A stretch of DNA of 64,000 nt from Fimbriosthenelais zetlandica (taxonomy: Eukaryota), in the NCBI GenBank assembly GCA_977030845.1, contig OZ365114.1, positions 15,314,001 to 15,378,000 of the forward strand, read 5' to 3'. The notes beneath the pieces are model-generated. The model had not been told where the DNA came from. It saw nothing but the letters and a program-made list of their open reading frames with translations, and did not search any database. The position numbers were made by a program, and so were the translations under genes. Below are positions 24,001 to 37,200 of this stretch, piece after piece; within the stretch, counting starts at the first letter, position 1, and every line of letters begins with the position of its first letter.

Positions 24001-27000
24001 ATATGTGGGCATTATAGTTTTGCGGTTTTTCTTATACTACTACAGAACCACAAACTGACTATAACCTGATGCTAAATCTGATATTATTATTGATATGGTA
24101 AATGATATTCTGCCCTGTCGACTTGCAATGTTAAAGATCAATCGTGAGCTTTTATGATTGAAAAACTTAGCAGAAGAAACACGCCTCACACCATATTTCC
24201 ATTAATGCGTATTGTACCTTTAGTCTGATGAGATGATAAGCGAGCAATATAATATATACCAGCCACGCCTTTTCAGTTTCATCCAAAGAATGGAAACTAG
24301 AAAGTTCCTCTTTGTGTCATTCCCTTTATACAACGTGAGTTTATTTCAAGTAGATTCTCTTCTGTAAGTTATAAGTTCAATATGTTATTTGAGAGATTTT
24401 AACCAGGTGTGTCTGAAATCATTAAGACGTCGTTTTGTGTTCGGTACACAACCATAGGTAGATGCACAAGTGGGATCTGTCAGGCCTGAATATTATCCAT
24501 TTTAGATAAATGATTTATTGACGGGGGAATTATTTCATGTAGGTAGCAATTTAGAAATTAAAGTTGCACTTAAAAATAAATCCCCGATGGCAAGTGATCA
24601 GGTAATGGTGCATTTACCCCCCACCCAACTATCAACAACCCCACCCCCACCCCACACCCAACCCACCTATCAACCTCAGGGAGTGGTGTAAAGAAGCTAA
24701 TTGTCAAGGGGACTATTTTCTCTGGCTCCAGGAGCTGAGTTAGTGCTGTGGGTAGTGAGTAGACAAGCAGTTGATGAAAACCATCGCCCAGAGCACCCGG
24801 CCTTTCCATGCTTACAGCACGATACACTCATTTTTTAAACTGAAAAGCTCAGATGCCTGAGGATATTGAAAAAGGGATAGTAGCGCAAATGAAGAGCATC
24901 ACATTTTGGTGTGCCAATCCTAGTGACCTACTTTTAATTTGACCCTATTTTCAATAGTAATCAAAATATTGGAAGCCTGAAAAAGATATGGAACAAATGT
25001 TGCCAGTTATTTCCACTTGTCATTAGGCGTTGTCCCAGGGCCAGGGCAGCAATTTTAAAACGTGCAGATTGAAAATTATTTTTATTCAGTAAAAATCCTT
25101 TGAAACATTTTGATTTCTCTCGATAGGATCATCTTTCCGTGACCTACTTGTTTAAAAAGCAAACTACAATGACTGGCCTACATGAAGGACGATTTCGTTT
25201 TTCCATCAGCAAGAGTGTCCGCATTGTGTAAGAACAAGAGGGGACTTCTTTTGATGAGCGATTCGCGAAATCCCTTGCTTTACGAGCTATAGAGAGTGTA
25301 AATTTCAATTTGATGTCTGTATGGATCCTAGTATCGTTGTAATTACAATATGTACATATTAGGCTGGAACATGAATGCTGCTTCTCACACAGAGATCATG
25401 TACTAGATGTGCCACCTGTTGCTCTGTTCAGCTCGGTGTACTTGAAAATGATTTTTTGACATCACCCACTGCATTACTGGTTTTTCTTTTTTCTATTTTT
25501 TTCACGCAACTTGGCAGTTTTTTTGAGTTACAACCCAACTTTTTCTGTCATGGCTGACTTGATTTGTGACGAGACCATCCATTGTTATGAGTCCTGAGCT
25601 ATTTCGCCCCGAACCACTTTGCTCTTCACTGGTCTTGGTAGTCGCTGGTAACACCGTGGCAAGCTGAAGTCGGCTCAGAGCTGAGCAACTCAGCAAGAAA
25701 AAGAATCAAGTGGACAAGACAGCAGCTATGGGGAACATTGTTCGGTCTTTCTGATACTCGCCTGGCTGGATAAAGAATGAACCCATGATAGGATTGCTTT
25801 TAAGGTTAACACACTTACTGCTTTCAGATCTTGGTTGGAATTTTGGCACAGAAAGCTTTGTAAGCCCGAAAACTGAAATTGCGATGAGAAAGGCAAATGG
25901 GCAAACAATGACCTGTCGATATCTTTTCAAGTTTACAAGAGCTATCTTTATCTCAATCATCCTGGTTTTAAATATTAAGCTATAGAAAGATACCTACACA
26001 ACGATAGGCTTGTTTGAGGTGGGATAACAGGACACAGGTATATCTATTCTAGTACTGGACTGTGATAGAGGGATTAAGACACATACAGCTGTGAAGAGGG
26101 GGATCTGTGTGAGTAGAACTGTCAGATGATTAAGGCTGGGCGTAGGTGGCCAGCCTGGATTAACTGGGATATTCATGATCCAACTCTCATATAGCATTGA
26201 CAAAATCCTGAAGGCTTCACAAAATGATCACAATACAGCAGGAATGACATGAGCTCCATGTACAATTGGGATTTTGTCATGTCCTACTTGAATCAGTTTT
26301 ATAGCTAAATATAGGAAATATATGTCAGTGTTTTACAGTTTACTCTATAGCTGCTATTATTACTAATGGAACAGGATAATACAGTTCCCGCATACACATT
26401 TCAGTTGGCTCAAGCGTCAAATTTTGGATGCAACAGCATTAAAACATAGCTGTCTTGCCTTCTTCCATAGAATGCCCATATGGCCAACTTTGTATACTCT
26501 CCTTTACAAAATACAAGGGAATGTTTACAGGAATAACACACTGCAATCTCGCTTATTGATGTCAGGAAGAATCCCAGTCGATACAGACACAATTAGCGTT
26601 GCTGCCATGCTGACAACACAGCAGTGCCTGTAGGAGGTGATAATGGGGGTTTTCTCCCTCTCTCAGGGGTCGGCTGAGAGTTGTGTCAGATGTTGGCACG
26701 AGGCAAGTGGAAGAAGGTGGAGATTAGTACAGAATCAATGCAAGTCTGTAGTGGAGGCTGTAGGAGGAGGAAGTTGTTGGCTATCTCTGATTGATATATT
26801 TATATGAATTTTTTTTGACATTTCTTTTAATTTAGGACCATACCCATTATGTTTCTATGGATGTGACTATGTTGTCAATCAAGTTCTATTATTTGTCATA
26901 ATGTTATGATGATGATGTTTTTCGTGTTTTGTGATGCTTATATGTTTGGGCTTACATTCACAAAACCTTGTGCATAGAGAAGAAATGGGCTGAAAGGAAA

Positions 27001-28949
27001 ACTCTCATCTATAGGCGCAATGAGTTCCAAGGCCAGCATTCCTGATTTTGAGTGACGTCATACTGCACATGACCAGGTCAAGTCCATCAGCAGATTTAAG
27101 TACGTCCTTAAATCTTAAGACGCCCGTTCACTTCGACCCATTGAAGAATCCTTAATATTGCCAGCTGGTCGTTTTGCTTGGACATTACAATTTTTGCAAG
27201 CTGTCCATGACCGAAAAACTGACTTGGCAGCAACACTGCGTGACCAAATGCATGTTAGGAAATATAACCTCCTCCAAAGACCGCTAATTTACCATCATTT
27301 TAACTCGTCCAGTTGTAAATGAATATTCTTGCCCGAGCAGTAGTTCGGCCTGCCACAGGCTATTGGGCAAGCCTCAAGTTCCATCCCTGCATGTCTGTCA
27401 GACGTCTCGTATTTCTAAAACAACCTCCAACCTTAAACACACAAAAACAGTTCCATTCTTCTTCATGTGGACTAAAAAGTTGCGCATTACATCCAATTTA
27501 AAATACCATATACCAGTGTATTATGAATATTTTATCTATTATATCTATCATAAATAAATTACGGGGCCTCATTGAGATAGAGGTTCAGAAACATTAATTT
27601 ATTCATCTGTATATATCCAAGAGCTATAGTGATAATGTAATCTGAGACTTAACCAAGCTGGAAGGTGGGAAGAATGAAGTGGGAACCATCCAACAAGGCT
27701 TTCGACTTGGCAAAGTCTGACTAATAGGATTAAATACCAAGCAGGCATTCATTTAATGGACTGAATGTGCTAATCCATATGTCTGGGCCCTCACCACGTG
27801 TTAAATGAACGCCAGGCTCAAGTTCCATTATCCCCACTACTTCACCCAGTTAGCATGCAGTAACAATGCTTAATGATCTGAATAGATGCATTGCCTAATA
27901 TAGGCGGCCATCGATTGGGGTTACTGCTTTTATTATTGTGCAATTATTTGCATATGGGTTAAGTGCCACATTCAGGGATATTCCCGGCTCTGGGGCACCC
28001 ATTACAGTGATGTATGTTTGTCTCATTGTTGTATGATAAGAGCCTAAAAGTAATACCCTTGACTTTGTCAACCCACCAGAATAAAATGTCATTATATTAT
28101 CCACTTCTAAAGCGTCGCACTGATGGCATGGATTTGAGCCCATCTCACAAGGGACTAGCATTGAAGCCAACACCCCGAACGTATAAAAATATATATGTAT
28201 ACATATAACTGTTAAGCATAAAATATGCAGCGCTTACTTTTGTGCTGCATATATTCCCTCGAGAGACCCCACAATGTAGGGCTCCCCATGAAGGGCTACA
28301 TTTATGCGTATACTGTTATCGTAAAATTCATTGACACAATTCTGGGTTAAAAAAATAATGAAGAGGGTCCATCCTTGCCTTCTCCGAATTACACAGAGGA
28401 GCGCTATAGAATTAAGGCATTAATTATCTGCCCCCGTGCAACTTAGTTTCATTGCCTCTTTGGTTAATTGAATTGCTAAGGGATCACAATTATGGTGGCT
28501 AATGAAGGGTGGCAAGACATTTCCAGGACTTCCTTCTAACGTTCGTCTGCGAGTAAATTGTCACAAGTGTAATCATTAGAGGAAAATTTTTCATTGGTTT
28601 TTACACCAGGACAGAGTCTGTTATTCTAAATCTGACTGGGTCCAGCCTCCTTATTCCGCAGTGATCCGACATATACGATTTGTTTTAGGTGTTTTTCATA
28701 TGAAATTCCGAACCATTTTCTCTAAATGCACCAGTATCTGTTTTTATATTATTGCTATACACACATACATTATTATGTGCTGCACTATAGGTATAACCCA
28801 AATCCCCTGAATGCTAGATACCTCGCAGTAGCATATCCCTCGCAATAGCATTTTGTCCAAATCCCACCCTCAAGTTTCAAAGCCCCTTTAAGATATCTTC
28901 TACTCAACTCCCAATTTGTTGTCCAAACCGTCAATCACAAAATGACGCT

Positions 28950-29030
28950 ACGTGATTGGATGAACCTCAAAAGCTAGGAGGCGTGGCCGATATTTGGCGC
29001 AGGAGCCCCATTGAAAAAAGGCGGGAAAAC
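28950..29030 (+). promoter_or_regulatory. Promoter-like motif cluster (CCAAT, Sp/KLF, two E2F-like sites), probably transposon-borne
   Basis: ATTGG 28955-28959, GGCGTGGCC 28980-28988, TTTGGCGC 28993-29000 and GCGGGAAA 29021-29028, directly upstream of the CpG-rich tandem repeat. Confidence 0.4.
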
Positions 29031-29071
29031 TAACGAAACATGGGGAGCAGACTTTGAGTGACAGGTGTCAG

Positions 29072-29275
29072 CGTGGGAAGAGATCGCTGGCGGCGACGCG
29101 TCCTGGATACGCGTCGTCAACGCCTAGCAACGCTACCGACGTAACGTCGTCTCAAGTGGTAGTGGCGGAGAGGACCGTGGGAAAGGTCGCTGGTTGGCGG
29201 CGACGCATCCTGGATACGCGTCGTCAACCTTAGCAACGCTACCGACGTAACGTCGTGTCAAGTGGCGGAGAGGAC
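29072..29275 (+). repeat. CpG-rich tandem repeat, two units (104 and 100 bp) with internal palindromes
   Basis: Units 29072-29175 and 29176-29275 share GGCGGCGACGC.TCCTGGATACGCGTCGTCAAC...TAGCAACGCTACCGACGTAACGTCGT.TCAAGTGG...CGGAGAGGAC. A third unit is begun (CTGGGAA). Confidence 0.95.
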
Positions 29276-31733
29276 CTGGGAATCAAGTTTTCAAGTTAAC
29301 TTTCCCACCAGATGGGCCTCTATAATTGATTATATTAAAAGGCTTTCAATTGCATATGTCAACCTTGATTTATGGCAGTTCCCAATCCTAATTAGAAAGG
29401 CTGGTTACTAACTTTATCTGGTCCCTTTAAGAGATGTTTTTCCAGACATAACACTTGAATTGGGGGCCTGTCTGAATGATATGTCAACTCTGATTTACAG
29501 ACCCAATCCCAATTAGAATGACTTCTTGAAACAACATAAAGTTGTCCCTTTAAGAGAATCTGATGGTTATACCCTGACATGTCACTTATTATTCTATCAC
29601 TCCCCACTTATTTACATATCTCAGACTTGATCATCTACTCATGTACCCTGTATACCCTTAACTAAAATATTCATGAGTGGTTAGTCACTTCATGCCTTTG
29701 ATTGGAATTTTGTGGCTCATTGCAGTTAGGCAAGGACAGGATTTAGACCCAATTCGTTACGGTCGCCGTTTACTCAAAGGATTGAGAAAGGGGGGAAAAT
29801 AAAGCTGGTGAAAACCCATCTAAGTGAAGTAATCATAACTCTCCTCAATACGCCAATGAAACCATGATAAGATTGATCTATTCTGTTATCGCCCACATAT
29901 GTGTCGAGTGTAACAAGATATAGTAGAGTGGAAATAAGTTCTAAGCTGCAGACAAACATGTGTATACAGGATCAGCAGTGGAAATTGAAGAAAATTCCCT
30001 ATACGCCAGACAGGTCATTCAGGAGACTTTTAGTCATCCAATTTTATAAATGAATGGTCTTGACTGGTCACTCAACTGGCCATGGGTGATCTGGTGGGCG
30101 TCAATTTCCAGCAAATCGTGCAGGCTGACCAAAGTGTTCACTGCATGCCCAGGTTCTCTCTCACTCAGTGACGGTTCCGATGACCACCCTCAAAATTACT
30201 GTCAGTATTGAATTGTGTTCACTCCTGGAGTACTTAACCAGATATTTATTTTACAAGATATGGCAGACTTTGTGCAGACTCCTAAATTTGGTAGTCCTCC
30301 TCACTCTTACAAAAAATGGTTATGATATGCTGTCCAGCTGGCTATTCATTGACGTTTTAACGGCAAAAATATTAAAAGTACATGGATCCACATTGTCCAG
30401 CAACATTAAGAGCAAATGTAGAACATTAAGCCCATTACTGGATCCTTTGCTGAACGTAGTAGTTTGATTCCTCCCGTACAGCACCACTTACACGTAGCTT
30501 TGAGAGAATAAAAACAAGATTGGGGGCTGTCAGAGTGACTGATGGAATCACTTAGTCTCTTTGAGAGTTGCTCACGCTCTACTCCTGCCTGAGCACGAGC
30601 AGCTCTGACATTAGTTAAGGAGAGCATTGAGCAGGGTCATTTGCACTGGCCCTAATCTAAAGCTTGAGGGGATTGGGTAAGGGCAGTGAAAGCCCGACTT
30701 TAAATTAACTGTTTATATGTAGGAATAAACCAGCGCTGCAGACGCAATTTAATAACGTTGATTCGTGTTGGGGAATATCTGGTCAATTTCAATGAGAAAA
30801 GCTGTGTGGTAAGAACTAGTACTGTTCATGGATGTTTATGATTTGAACAGATAACTCCATAAGCTGATATATTATGATAGAGGAGAGAATCGCTGTGCTG
30901 AAAATGATGTACGACACACCAACATTTCAACGGGACTAATCATTTTCAACTTTGAATTGTACAATCCCCTAAACCTAGAATATATAATTATATGCTTTTA
31001 TGTAGTCTTAGAACATTATACAAGTGTTTCCATATAACTGAAGTAACCCGTTCCACCTGGAACAAATCTCCTCTTATAAGCTACTTTAATGTCCATTTGA
31101 CTATAGGGCTACGTAAAGACCACCCAACTTCAATAATCAATGCGGATGTAAGCCCAATAAATGTTTCCAAAGTGCTGGCACTTAAATCGTTCTCATGTTG
31201 TATAGCCTCCTCTCCATCTCCCCAATTAGTGTATTCTGCCTCTCCTGCACAGACAGACATTTTTATTTCATCAAGTCCACTGGGGAAAAATTAGCTACAT
31301 AAATGTGTTTTGACACATGGCTTTTGATGTTGGACTTGTCTAATATGACTCCTCTGTATACATAATTGAAGAGTTGCATCGCCTGCCCGTAAGCAGTGTG
31401 GAGCGAGGCACCCATTTGTCATTGCTATTAGCGGAAATGTGCACCCCTCTCCAATTTCGCCTGCGCCACCGAAACCGCTCCTACAATACACAGGGGTAAA
31501 AAGGCAAGCATTACAATACAAGATGAATTAAAAGATCATACCACCGAGAGACAGACAGACTGCCTTTCTTTTGCTTATCTTTGATTTTTTCAGTCTTATT
31601 CTTGTTTAGATAAAACGTTCTCTGGAATAATAATACTGATAGAATTTCAACTTCATATGCAATAATCCTTCTGAGGACTGTATATAACTGCCAAAGAAGA
31701 GTTAGGGCAAACAAAAAATACATTTGTTTCGGG

Positions 31734-32051
31734 TTACCCAACCGACCAACATACAGCTGCAGAAAAACTCGCAGTAGAAGAATCTTCCTTATAGTTTAAT
31801 GTTGGTATTTTGATTTTTAAAAGTAGATCTTCTGGACACTTGATGTAAGAGGTCAAGCAGGATGTTTCTTGCTTCTCTCTTAGGTCACTGGTCTCGTCCT
31901 CTTCCATGTCCAGCATTGACTTCTGTCTATCTATAACAGGTGTTATAACTTTCATGTCCAGACTGTCCAACCTATTGTCTTCATCTGTGGTCAAGATAAA
32001 CCCAACCTTTTTTTCTTTTGATGCATTTCTTACCATGTAATACATAAACAT
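31734..32051 (-). pseudogene. Protein-like acidic ORF fragment of unknown origin
   Basis: Track ORF, 105 aa, with charged, natural-looking composition (TTDEDNRLDSLDMKV...MEEDETSDLREKQE). No domain recognised and no clear splice context. Confidence 0.25.
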
Positions 32052-32894
32052 GTGGTATGTTGTTAATGGAGATGCAATGGAATTGATTTGTTACATGCAA
32101 ATGGGGAAGAATGGCAGCAAATGATCAGGTATCAGGTAGTGGTAAAAAGCTGGTGGTGCTTCCATACTGAGTCAGGAGGGCTATTGCTACCATAAACTGT
32201 GTGTGTGGAGTGGAGAGAAGGTTAAGAATGATGTAGAAGGTGGGAAAGCAGGAAAGCAGGAAGTAATAAGCGAGAAATGATGGCCATGCAGAGAGAGGAC
32301 GCGAGAGGGGAGACAGGGGGAGTGAGAGCTTAGGTGAGAAGGCAGTGGGACTCCCGGAGGGAGACGTTCACTAAGTGAAAAAGAAGCAATGAAACGGCCT
32401 AGTCCAGACCTAGATAATTATGGATTTTCATCCGAACATAAACATACCTCTTCATTGTTATATATGTCCACTCTCTTCTTGCAGTATAAGAAAAAAAAGA
32501 CGATCAATCTCGAACGTAAACATATAAATTATATAGGAAATTTAAACTCATATGTATTATATTCTTGTTGAGGATAGTGAGCAGCCGTGAAACATGGTAC
32601 ACAATTACCTCCTGCACCATTCAATCAGCCCAGGGTTGGCAGGGATCACTTTACACTGTTATCAATAGGACAATACATTGACCTGTCCAGGCACGTGTCA
32701 TCATGGCCCCGGTCAGCTGCTCAATAATGTTCAGGTCAGAACCAAGAGTAACTCCCTCTGCCCTTCAGTTGGTACTTCGTCAAAAACAGATGCAGCTAGG
32801 GACCTGATGGTTCAGGGCTAAGTCTGGTGAACTGAGAAGAGCAGAAAGTAGGAGGAATATCAGAATAGAAGAGAATCAGGCCAACATTCACAAC

Positions 32895-33243
32895 AATTGC
32901 AAGTCATGTATATCTAGGGGACATATCAAATGCCTTGGTACCTTACTTGGGTACCTGCCGAAGATCATTGCCTGGTGATTCTTGCAGTGATTCTTGCAAG
33001 TGGAGATTGTCTACAAGACCATGAACTGCAAGTGTATCCATGTCGGTGACTGGCATTTCTAACCCCAGTCCCTTCCTTTGGAGGATATGGGTATGAAACG
33101 TTGCAAGAATTGCAAGTCAAGTATATCTAATGTATATCTCAAATGACCTGGCAGACTAATTGGGTGCCTACCAGGGGTCATTGCCTTGTGATTCTTGCAG
33201 TGATGTTTGCTAGTGGAGTTTGTCTACAAGACCATCAACTGCT
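32895..33243 (-). repeat. Diverged tandem duplication with 213-bp (71-codon) period; decayed repeat-protein remnant
   Basis: AATTGCAAGTCA at 32895 and 33108; GTCTACAAGACC at 33009 and 33222 (both offsets 213). The minus frame reads LAVDGLVDKLH*QTSLQESQGND... then LAVHGLVDNLHLQESLQESPGND..., with stops. Confidence 0.8.
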
Positions 33244-36200
33244 AATACCAGTACCTGTACTGATATACAATTATTTGTATGATAGATTAGTAAAAAAATA
33301 AAATTGTCAGATTGTGGGAGGTGACTCATAACCTACGTCACCCACCCTGGCTACGGGCTGCTGAAAAGGAATGTGGAGGAAGGGGAGAATGCATATAGTG
33401 AAGGTATAAGGTAACGGGTATAAGATATAGGAAGAGGAAGGAGTTGAGAGAAGACACTACTCCACTGGTAGGCTTACAGTTGCACATGATCCCTGATCTA
33501 CATCTATAGAGTTGGCAGGCAAAGTTTGACAAGGGATGAAGATGATGGTCGCTCAGCCCCAAGTCTGCCTCACCTCCTGCCAATGCAATAACAGGCAGGT
33601 GGCAACAGGCGCTTGAATGTGACGCCCAGGCAAACTTGGCCCTGAATTATTGCACCACGGGGAGCCATTGGGCCAGCCGGGGGCTAGCTGCCGACACGCC
33701 ATCTTCCCTTGTACCATCCAGCATGGATCAACGCCCTATATTGGTGTTTATGTAGCACTCCAGTTAGACATGACATCTGACCGGGTGTATCCAACATTTT
33801 ACTGTAGCTACACATTGAAAAAAATACTTTCTGACGCCTGCTTCTGACACAAAAATCATGCCACAAAATATAAAGGAATAGAGAAGTTTGTGAATGCGGT
33901 TTTCAGATGTGTTGGTTTCATTTTATACCTCCGGCTTTTGGTGCTAACTTTGCAACATTAGTGCGCTTTCAGCCAAGTAAACTTTGACAAATGATCCTGA
34001 AAAAAGTATGCCTTGCTCCATTAAGCAAAATTAAGTCAACTGTTCCATTTTCATCGGTTTCGTTATTGGTGGCCAGAGGAAATCTTCTTTGAGACCAGAT
34101 TCCTATCAGCCAAGTGATTCTTACAGATTGCATGGATGAGAGTCATAAATCAGGAGAAGGAATGGTCAGCTAAGGCAATGCCGATTGTACGCTGGTGCAG
34201 TACCAGCTCAGATGGGATTGGGCCCTGCTGGTCCAAGCAGTATGCTTTAAGGGATGCTCCTACCATTCTAAATGATGCAAAGCCTTCTCTACATATATAA
34301 TCTAGAACATATATACTGAACCTATAGTATCCATTTATGTCTAAAAGAATAAATCCAGGATGATTTTGAGCAGATAAAATGAGTTTACTTTTTCAGTTAC
34401 TTTCATGGCCCAAGCATTCTAGAGTCTACTAGTAGTGTATCCATGTACTGTCGATATATTTCAATACAGATACTGTGAACACGGCTGTGGTCGAAACGTG
34501 TATGGCTTGAAGAAGATTCCCAATTCTAAGAGGACATGGTCAATATCATTATAGCATCGCTTTTCAATATTTAATCTGAAAAGATTATTGTGTTTTGTAT
34601 CAACGATTTAACCTTCATATACGCCTTGGATTTTTACTCGGGTTATATTATGATGATACAGCTCGCTGTGCTGTAGTGGTCCAAAACTCTATATACTGGG
34701 CGTTTGATGGATCGGTATGAAACATCTATTGCCTTTCAAGAACCGGCCTTTGATGCCACAAGAAGGTCCATATCCTGAGCTATATATGAAAGTATAGTAT
34801 CATCAGAGGGTAACATATATATCTCGGATGGAACTGGGACAACATACCCAATTAAGGTAGTGGATATCTTCTATGCCATTCAATATAGCAACAAATATCC
34901 ATGAACCAAAGCTAGGGTATTCATTTAATTTTCATTAAACATCATAAAACAGATAATAAAACGGGCTGCTCAGCAATGCTCCGGCTTTAATTGGTATTTA
35001 ATCGAAGACCATCAGGGAGCCAGTGATTACAAGCATAGAGGATTATAGTTGGTAATCATATTCATGCTGTAATCAGGTCCTAATGGGTAGGGGAGTATTT
35101 ATTAGTGAGCCCTTCTCCATGGGATCAATTATAATCTGTCAAATGGTGGGATAAATGCAGCTAAAGGTGTGGAGAGTAAGCTACAGTGGCTGCCACTATT
35201 AAGCTTGGTGAAGAGTCAGAACACCCGTATACTTATTTGTGAATAGAGCAGCTGGTGAATGTATGCTCTATGGGTGCTCTAGACGTGGTTACTATCCATG
35301 TTTAGAGCCTGGGATACAGCCATATGCATATGAATATACCTTCTTTACGCTCAATCGTCCATATATACCATCCTTTGCTTCATCTTCCATACTATAATTA
35401 TATATACACTTGACGCCACATCCTTTGTATTTACTATTATTTGTGTAAGATCCCGGTATTCAATACATTAAGTTCATCTTACTTTCATGTTATGAACCTT
35501 TTTGGTGACCTTGAGCTATACATGTAAAGGAGATACACATGCTTTGATGTCCTTTAGTATGTATTGTCAAAGCCAATGGTTCTTTATTGTCTTTATCGTA
35601 TCTAACCAAAGTTTCCGATTACAAGTCGCTCTGCTCTACGTCAGCCTTTTAATTGAATGTCCTTTGAAGATGACCTAACTTAACTAAAAGAGCCAGACTC
35701 TCCACATATCAACTTCTGCTGCATTTGAAAGAATGCAGCAGAATTAGTCATATCATATGTAAACCAGGACAGAAACTAAAATCAATGTAGGGTGTACTTG
35801 TCTTTTTTGTTGTCGTCGTCAGATTAAAGTTATGTCTGAATTATGTCAGAAAAATTCAGTGCCTAGCTGAATGTCCAGGCTGCCAATATTTGTGCAATAA
35901 CACATGTTCCCACTGGACAACCGTGCCTCGGGTTTATTTGGTCCCTGATTTTGTCAGATTAAGTCATTCATATATTGTTTTCTATCATTTTTGCAGAGTA
36001 CAGGCTTTCATTGTAGACCTACTTTATGTAGGAATAATAGAGGATGGCATGATATAGGACTCTCCGGGCTTTATATCAATAGTCTCCTATCACAGTCAAC
36101 AGCCGGTCAAATGAAAGGTCAATTGCTGGAAGAATATGTCTGGTAAAGCTTCAGTGATTCTGATAAGGCCAGTGCATAAAGTGGGACGGTCACGACATAT

Positions 36201-37020
36201 GGTGACCTGTATATATGTGGGGTTATATTTGGGCATATATATGTGTATCAGATGATATCACAGAGCGTCTCTTGTTGCAAGGCTTTTGATGAAGAGTGAG
36301 GGATACACCAGTTGTGGTCACATAACGGCAATAAAGGCTTATCATAGGCGTGTTAAAATCTCTATTCTGTGATATTGTATTGAAATATCATAAACCTCTT
36401 TATAAAATACCAGCCACTATTAGGCATAGCGGTAGCCTTCATTGCTAATAGTCCTTTTGAAACAGGCCTCAGATAAATATAATTATACACATCTGCAACA
36501 AAAGCGCGCAGAGTGTGGGCAACATCAGTCTCATGATGTTGTTTATCTTATTCGTTCCTGCAGCATGGCATGGAATGTGCAGCGCGCTCGGCATGGTGTG
36601 GATATCATCCCTATAACCTGTAATTGGGAACTCTAGGCCTACTTGTAATAAAAACTAACACGCTGCAGGAAGTTTGACGATTTTATCCAAAGGCCAACAC
36701 ATTGAATGACAGCAGGAAGTAAAATAGTGGGATTTATGAAGGGATTGGGCAAAACTTGTGAGCATAAAATATCCCATTTCAACTGTCAAGTCCAAAATCT
36801 TTTCATCTTCGAGTTTTTCACTTGTTGATCAATTGAAAAAGCAAATAACCAGAGGAACATTAAAGGAAGACAATTACAATATATTCATATGTATTTGAGT
36901 CATATTAGTTAATGGGTGTGGTTATGAGACGAGACCTGTCTATAGTAACTGTTGCATATCAATGTCATTTGATGGGTTCTCTGTCAGTATGGCATATACC
37001 GTGTGCTTTCTTAGCATCTC

Positions 37021-37200
37021 TTGGAATTGTTAGCTTGATGGTGAGGGTCAATCTAGGATAATGAAGAAGAGCCTACCACAGGCATGCATCTACTAATATC
37101 CACCTAGCTTTGTGATGGTGCCTCACATAGTGGGTTAATGAAAGGCAATCCAGCAAGCCTACTAATTATCATTGGCCCTATCTCAAGCTAACAATTTCAA
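37021..37200. mobile_element. Small fold-back (MITE-like) element
   Basis: TTGGAATTGTTAGCTTGA (37021-37038) versus TCAAGCTAACAATTTCAA (37183-37200): 17/18 inverted match with a 14-bp perfect core. Weaker complementarity continues inward (GGGTCAAT / ATTGGCCC). No TSD identified. Confidence 0.5.

Noticed and set aside
25540-26250. Possible decayed RT on the plus strand
   Set aside because: Only vague similarity (GIKTHTAVKRGICVS) with no diagnostic motif. Probably repeat-derived but unassignable.
29072-29275. CRISPR-like array
   Set aside because: Eukaryotic context, whole-unit duplication with no unique spacers, and no cas genes.
33338-33866. LSDHH motif as a LINE endonuclease signature
   Set aside because: No upstream GDFN or DYIF-type motifs in any frame I translated.
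34690-34900. NHL-repeat-like GNIYISDG peptide
   Set aside because: A single short match with an in-frame stop just upstream and no further repeats.
35997-36142. Candidate phase-0 to phase-2 exon (STGFHCRPTLCRNNRGW...)
   Set aside because: The splice sites are plausible, but the translation is unrecognisable and its phase is incompatible with the better 58704 candidate. A 48-codon open frame is common by chance.
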